64,000 bases of DNA from an uncultured bacterium (lineage in GTDB: Bacteria; Patescibacteriota; Minisyncoccia; Phycocordibacterales; GWA1-40-21): positions 7,152 to 71,151 of the forward strand of contig CAIKXY010000004.1 of NCBI GenBank assembly GCA_903831595.1. Direction: 5' to 3'. The notes under the pieces are model-generated. The model did not search any database and was not told the origin of the DNA. It saw only the letters and a program-made list of their open reading frames with translations. Numbering within the stretch: the stretch's first letter is position 1; every line of letters begins with the position of its first letter. Below are positions 59,296-64,000 of the stretch, piece by piece. The position numbers and the translations under genes are program-made.

Positions 59296-60693
59296 TTATT
59301 TTTTCTTTTTTATTTCAATTCCCAACTCTCTTAGTTGCTCTGTTGAAACTTCTGTGGGTGCATCCATCATAAGATCTCTGCCCTCCCCAGTTTTTGCAAA
59401 AGCAATTACCTCACGGATATTTGGTTCGTTTTCTAAAATCATAATCATTCTATCGAGTCCCCAGGCAATTCCACCATGCGGAGGTGTCCCGGTTTCAAAC
59501 GCTTTAAGCATATGACCATATTCTCTTTCAATTTTTACATCATCAAAATCCATAATTTCAAGAACTTTTCTTAAAGCTTCTGGTCTATGATTTCTAATGC
59601 TTCCACCACCCATTTCATTGCCGTTTAAAGCAAGGTCATATTGTGCTGCCATTATTTTTTCAATATTTTTTTTGGCCATTAAATCATCAAACGACTCTGT
59701 TTTTGTTGCTGAAAATGGATTGTGCGTAAATGTCCATTTTCCATTATCTGCTTTTTCAAACATAGGAAAATCTACAATCCAAGCAAAAGCTAGCAAATCT
59801 TTATCATTTTTGTCTTTTCTTATATCTGGTTTATCTGTTCCATATTTTTCCATAGCTTCTTTATAAGAAATTTTTGGGAAAGGAATTTCCTGGATTTTTT
59901 TATGAGGATAAAGTTTATTTATTATTTCAATTATAATTTTTTCATTAACATTCATTACATCTTCTTCTGTTGCAAAACTCATTTCCAAGTCCATCTGAGT
60001 AAACTCTGGCTGTCTGTCGCCTCTTGAATCCTCATCTCGAAAACATCTTGCAAATTGAAAATACTTTTCAAACCCAGAAGCCATCAAAAGTTGTTTATAT
60101 TGTTGTGGAGATTGTGGAAGAACATAAAATTTTCCTTGTTCAAGTCTTGAAGGAATTATAAAATCTCTTGAACCTTCAGCGGTTGCTTTTGTAAGATTTG
60201 GGGTTTCAATTTCACAAAAACCTTCTTTTTCTAACAAAATTCTTGTGAGTGTCATGACCTTGCTTCTATTTCGAATATTTTTCTGCATTCTTGGTCTTCG
60301 TAAATCCAAATATCTGTATTTCAAACGAGCGTCCTCACCAATTTCAATTCCGTCAGAACGCACATCAATAGCTGGAGTAATTGCTTCATTCAAAACATTT
60401 ATAGATAAAACTTCAATTTCGACACCACCATTTAATTCATCTTTATTTACCATTTTTTCAGGGCGGGCATTTACTTTTCCAGAAACTTCAAGAACCCATT
60501 CTGAACGAACGGTGTTTGCTAAAGTGTGAGCTTCTTTATGGTTTGGTAATGCAACCATCTGAACTTTTCCAGACATGTCGCGAAGGTCAATAAAAATAAG
60601 TTTGCCGTGGTCACGTCGAACATCCACCCAGCCACAGATTTTTACTTCCTCTCCAACCTTCTTATTTAATTCTCCAATGTATGTTCGTTGCAT
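59296..60693 (-). CDS. aspS: Aspartate--tRNA ligase, probably non-discriminating Asp/Asn type, lacking the GAD insertion
   Basis: RRDHG (His = ND signature), LPQSPQ, CFRDED..DRQPEFTQ, PPHGG.A.GLDR; start MQRTY at 60693 (the ORF-track extension to 60786 is leader RNA). Confidence 0.95.
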   Translation of the reverse strand: MQRTYIGELNKKVGEEVKICGWVDVRRDHGKLIFIDLRDMSGKVQMVALPNHKEAHTLANTVRSEWVLEVSGKVNARPEKMVNKDELNGGVEIEVLSINVLNEAITPAIDVRSDGIEIGEDARLKYRYLDLRRPRMQKNIRNRSKVMTLTRILLEKEGFCEIETPNLTKATAEGSRDFIIPSRLEQGKFYVLPQSPQQYKQLLMASGFEKYFQFARCFRDEDSRGDRQPEFTQMDLEMSFATEEDVMNVNEKIIIEIINKLYPHKKIQEIPFPKISYKEAMEKYGTDKPDIRKDKNDKDLLAFAWIVDFPMFEKADNGKWTFTHNPFSATKTESFDDLMAKKNIEKIMAAQYDLALNGNEMGGGSIRNHRPEALRKVLEIMDFDDVKIEREYGHMLKAFETGTPPHGGIAWGLDRMIMILENEPNIREVIAFAKTGEGRDLMMDAPTEVSTEQLRELGIEIKKKK

Positions 60694-60714
60694 AAAAATT
60701 TTAATTAATCTATT

Positions 60715-60868
60715 AAAAACAAATCGCCCTCGCAAGAACCGAAAATATTTTCGATTTTTGCGAGGGCGAACGAGTCGCGGTGCCACCTCACTTACTTCTC
60801 ATTTATGGGTTCTACTTGCCAAAAGGCTTTCTTCCCAAGCTCCGCTGTTGTTTTCAGCATCAACGCTT
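60715..60868 (-). promoter_or_regulatory. T-box riboswitch leader of aspS (ultrashort Stem I, antiterminator, terminator)
   Basis: T-box AAGTGAGGTGGCACCGCG (60793-60776); antiterminator GAGG-UGGCACC-GCG..CGC-CCUC; overlapping terminator 60769-60724 plus U-tract; K-turn Stem I 60868-60837. Confidence 0.85.
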
Positions 60869-60891
60869 ATATCTATATAATACAACTATTA

Positions 60892-61887
60892 TTAATAAAT
60901 TTCCACTCCCACTTTCTCTCTTACATCCTTCATTTTCTTTTCTGCATTTGCTGATGCTTTTTTGGCACCATTTTTAAGAATTTCAAAAACTGCATCCAAA
61001 TCTTTAGCTAATTTTTCTCTTTTTTCTCGCATTGGTTTTATAAAGGCAGACAAATCTTTTATGAGTAACTCTTTTGCTTCTTTATAACCCATTCCTCCTT
61101 TTTGGTATTTTTCTCTCAAAGTTTTTTGTTTATCTGTGTCCAAAAGTAATTTATGAATTGCAAAAATAATTGACTCATCTGGATTTTTTGATTCAGCCAC
61201 ACCTTTTGAATCTGTTGGAATTTTCATCACCAGTTTTTTTATTTCTTCATCAGTAGCAAAAAGTGGAATTTCATTGTCATAACTTTTACTCATTTTTCTT
61301 CCATCTATTCCAGGAACAGTTTCTACATTAGAAAGAATCAGTGGTTCTGGTAATCTAAAAGTCTCTCCAAAAATTCTATTAAACTTTTGCGCTGTGTCTC
61401 TTGCATATTCCACGTGCTGTTTTTGATCTTGCCCCACAGGAACGATATCTGCATCCTGCATCAAAATATCTGAAGCCATAAGCATTGGATAATCAAAAAG
61501 CCCAACATTTATTTCTTTATTTTTTGCTTCAGCATCTTTGAAAGCATGTGCACGCATCAGATAAGGCATCGTTGTAAGACAATTAAAAATCCAAGTGAGT
61601 TCTGTCACTTGTGGAATATCGGATTGTTTAAAAAGTGTAATTTTCTTTGGATCAAGTCCTATCGCTAAATAATTTAATGCGACATCAATAATCCCTTGCT
61701 TAAGCTCTTCTTTATTTTGGACTGTTGTCATTGCATGATAATCGGCAATAAAAATATAGCTTTCATATTTATCTTGGAGGTCTACCATTTGTTTCATCGC
61801 TCCAAAGTAATTTCCAATATGAACTCTACCTGTTGGTTTAACTCCTGATAAAAGGATTTTTTTATTATTTATTTGATTTATTTTCAT
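60892..61887 (-). CDS. trpS: Tryptophan--tRNA ligase 1
   Basis: SGVKPTG..HIGNY, ADYHA, YPMLMA.DIL, VG.DQKQH, KMSKS. Confidence 0.96.
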   Translation of the reverse strand: MKINQINNKKILLSGVKPTGRVHIGNYFGAMKQMVDLQDKYESYIFIADYHAMTTVQNKEELKQGIIDVALNYLAIGLDPKKITLFKQSDIPQVTELTWIFNCLTTMPYLMRAHAFKDAEAKNKEINVGLFDYPMLMASDILMQDADIVPVGQDQKQHVEYARDTAQKFNRIFGETFRLPEPLILSNVETVPGIDGRKMSKSYDNEIPLFATDEEIKKLVMKIPTDSKGVAESKNPDESIIFAIHKLLLDTDKQKTLREKYQKGGMGYKEAKELLIKDLSAFIKPMREKREKLAKDLDAVFEILKNGAKKASANAEKKMKDVREKVGVEIY

Positions 61888-62110
61888 TAATGTATAATAG
61901 CAAACTTAATTTTTTTTTCAAAGCACAACAATAAACCACTTGTAAAATGAGGAAAGTGTGTTAACATACTACCAGATGGTCCTCTAAATATTTTAAGTGG
62001 AAGACTTATGTTTCTGATTTATTTTTAATTGGAAATATAATCCTTCCACTTAATAAGGATAATAATAATGGTAAATCCCATAAACGTAATCTACTAACAA
62101 GGAGGCTTTT

Positions 62111-63109
62111 ATGTCACAGGTTATTTTGTCAGGTATACGAGCAACCGGAAGACTACATTTTGGTAATTTTCTCGGCGCAGTTCAAAACTTTGTAAAGTTT
62201 CAAGAGCAAATCGATGCTACCTGCATGTATTTTGTGGCTGATTGGCACACATTAACGACCCTTAAGGATCCGGAGGTATTGCGTTCAAACTTGATTGAGA
62301 TGATTAAGGATTATATTGCAGCTGGGCTCGATCCAAATAAGTCAATAATTTATACCCAATCAAGCATTCCAGAGATTGCTGAGCTAGCTTTATATTTGAG
62401 TATGTTTCAGCCAATTAATGAGCTGAACCTTATTCCTACTTATAAAGAATTGGTTCGCAAAAATCCAGATCAGGTGAGTCTTGGACTCCTGTCATATCCA
62501 ATCCTTATGGCAGCAGATATCCTTGGTCCACGGGCAACAATGATCCCCGTTGGAGAGGATCAAATACCAAATGTGGAATTGGCCCGATCACTTGCTCAAC
62601 GTTTTAATCGTCGTTTTGGAGAAATATTTGTAATACCAGAGATGATGGAGCAAATGATAAAAGTTCCTGGTCTTGATGGTAACAAAATGGGTAAATCAGA
62701 TAATAATTCCATTGAGATTGGTGCACCAATGAATATTATTGGTAAGCTGTACATGAAAAAAGGTATTACCGATCCAGAAAGAAAACACTTGATGGATTTG
62801 GGTGATCCTTATAACCGTTGTAAATCAGTTTACGGAATTCATGAGCTCATTACTCAAGATGAAAAAGATCTCCGCGTCATTGCAAACAAATGCATGAAAG
62901 CTGAAATTAGCTGCGTTGAATGCAAAAAGATATTAGTCGAAAGTATCGCAAAGATACTTATACCTTTTCAAGAAAAAAGGAAAGAATTAACTGATAAGGA
63001 TGACTATGTGAGTGAAATACTTTACGAAGGTGGAAAACGAGCTCGTTCAATAATTGCAAAAACTGTAGCGGTTGTTCGAGATAAAATGGGGATCGTTCTC
63101 TACAGTTAG
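62111..63109 (+). CDS. trpS: Tryptophan--tRNA ligase 2 with predicted [4Fe-4S] Cys motif
   Basis: SGIRATG..HFGN, ADWHT, YPILMAADIL, VGEDQ, KMGKS; C-x23-C-x6-C-x2-C in the anticodon-binding domain; AAGGAGG SD. Confidence 0.92.
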   Translation: MSQVILSGIRATGRLHFGNFLGAVQNFVKFQEQIDATCMYFVADWHTLTTLKDPEVLRSNLIEMIKDYIAAGLDPNKSIIYTQSSIPEIAELALYLSMFQPINELNLIPTYKELVRKNPDQVSLGLLSYPILMAADILGPRATMIPVGEDQIPNVELARSLAQRFNRRFGEIFVIPEMMEQMIKVPGLDGNKMGKSDNNSIEIGAPMNIIGKLYMKKGITDPERKHLMDLGDPYNRCKSVYGIHELITQDEKDLRVIANKCMKAEISCVECKKILVESIAKILIPFQEKRKELTDKDDYVSEILYEGGKRARSIIAKTVAVVRDKMGIVLYS

Positions 63110-63118
63110 AACAAATTA

Positions 63119-63193
63119 TGGCTCCGTCTCAAAGGCGGAGCCATTTTATAAAATGTTTTATTAAAAACCCCCTCATTAAATTGAGGGGGTTTA
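63119..63193. terminator. Two hairpin terminators between convergent trpS2 and tRNA-Trp
   Basis: TGGCTCCGTC/GGCGGAGCCA followed by TTTT; AAACCCCCTCA/TGAGGGGGTTT. Confidence 0.75.
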
Positions 63194-63203
63194 TTTTTAT
63201 AAT

Positions 63204-63277
63204 TGGCGGACGCGGTGGGACTCGAACCCACGGTACTGGTTTTGGAGACCAGAAGTTTACCACTAACCAACGCGTCC
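63204..63277 (-). tRNA. tRNA-Trp(CCA), CCA encoded
   Basis: Reverse complement GGACGCGTTGGTTAGTGGTAAACTTCTGGTCTCCAAAACCAGTACCGTGGGTTCGAGTCCCACCGCGTCCGCCA; anticodon arm CTGGT-CTCCAAA-ACCAG; G73. Confidence 0.93.
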
Positions 63278-63469
63278 ACACAACAAATGTAATGAAATCT
63301 ATAAATAGATTACACTTTAAATACTTTTTTGTCAAACATAATAAAATGTTATGTATATATTAAAGGGTAAAATTATTTACTACATTGCTTATTTTATAAA
63401 CATATGATAGCATTTTTTTAGATTTACAAAGTACTTTAATATAATAATCTTATAAAAAGGAGACGAAAA

Positions 63470-63985
63470 ATGACAAAGTCTAATTTTCTTTTTGAAGCAG
63501 TCGTTAAAAAGCTTGAATCAAACAAAGTATTTTTTAACATTATTGAACATAAGCCATTATTTATCATGGAAGATGTGTACAATACACTAAATGTTAAGCC
63601 TGAAAAAACAGCCAAGACCATTCTGTTGTCTGTCGATGATTATGGATTAATTGCAGTGGTAGTTCCAGGACTTTCTAAGGTAGATTTAGCTAAGATAGCT
63701 AAATCAATTATTAAACCACGCAATAAAATTAAATTTGCGGAAAAAAAGGAGGTTGAAAAAATAGGGATTTCAATTGGCTCTGTTTCTCCGTTTTTTGATT
63801 GTTTTGCAAAAATGATAGTTGACAAAAGTCTTCTATCACAAGATATAGTTTTCTGTGGGTCAGGTGACCTCAGTAAAACTATTTCTGTCCAAATTCATAA
63901 TTTATTAAAAATCACATCTGCTGAAATAGCAGACGTGATCAAAGACAAACAACCTACAGGAGGAATTGAAAATGAAAACATATAG
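63470..63985 (+). CDS. YbaK/EbsC-family aminoacyl-tRNA deacylase
   Basis: AKT conserved Lys, G...G.VSPF (GxxxP loop), D..L, CGSG; AAAGGAG SD. Confidence 0.85.
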   Translation: MTKSNFLFEAVVKKLESNKVFFNIIEHKPLFIMEDVYNTLNVKPEKTAKTILLSVDDYGLIAVVVPGLSKVDLAKIAKSIIKPRNKIKFAEKKEVEKIGISIGSVSPFFDCFAKMIVDKSLLSQDIVFCGSGDLSKTISVQIHNLLKITSAEIADVIKDKQPTGGIENENI

Positions 63986-64000
63986 GGATGATGATTGGTG

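Noticed and set aside
60694-60786. N-terminal extension of AspRS (MAPRLVRPRKNRKY...)
   Set aside because: It is the translation of the T-box antiterminator/terminator; conserved AspRS begins at MQRTY
983-63825. Numerous short antisense or overlapping ORFs in the track (e.g. 983-1393, 4659-5126, 19240-19650, 50318-50968, 63118-63363)
   Set aside because: They are shadows of well-supported genes or tRNAs on the other strand or frame
1-64000. Alternative genetic code (UGA=Gly/Trp), suggested by CPR origin and two TrpRS
   Set aside because: Long conserved genes are intact under code 11, and the tRNA-Trp anticodon is CCA, not UCA

Overview
AT-rich (genetic code 11) bacterial chromosome segment, most consistent with a Patescibacteria/CPR (Parcubacteria-like) genome. 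This is inferred from the compact RpoB, the GAD-less AspRS, the Zn-domain-less GluRS, the presence of bL9 and the scarcity of Shine-Dalgarno sites. Most of the window is housekeeping: rpoB-rpoC-dnaG-rpoD, pyrG, recR, dnaB, rplU/rplI/rpmA, mraY-ftsW-murG-gltX, scpA/scpB, aspS, two trpS, tRNA-Gln and tRNA-Trp. It also holds an ECF-sigma/MacAB-like envelope locus, a 1384-aa repeat+GNAT protein and a 2906-aa surface adhesin. The most notable signals are non-coding. (1) A ~335-nt gene-free unit at 29035-29370 has a consensus sigma70 promoter, seven hairpins, a terminal closing helix and several loop-loop/loop-linker complementarities. It is bracketed by identical 31-bp palindromic repeats and lies just downstream of a DUF2779 nuclease and a second ~120-nt small RNA; I cannot assign it to a known RNA class. 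(2) A T-box riboswitch upstream of a non-discriminating aspS combines an ultrashort K-turn Stem I (probable Asn AAC specifier) with a transcription terminator. (3) A head-to-head pair of TrpRS genes, one carrying a 4-Cys Fe-S motif, sits next to tRNA-Trp and a YbaK-family deacylase. All calls are by eye from the sequence and ORF track; no searches or folding programs were run.
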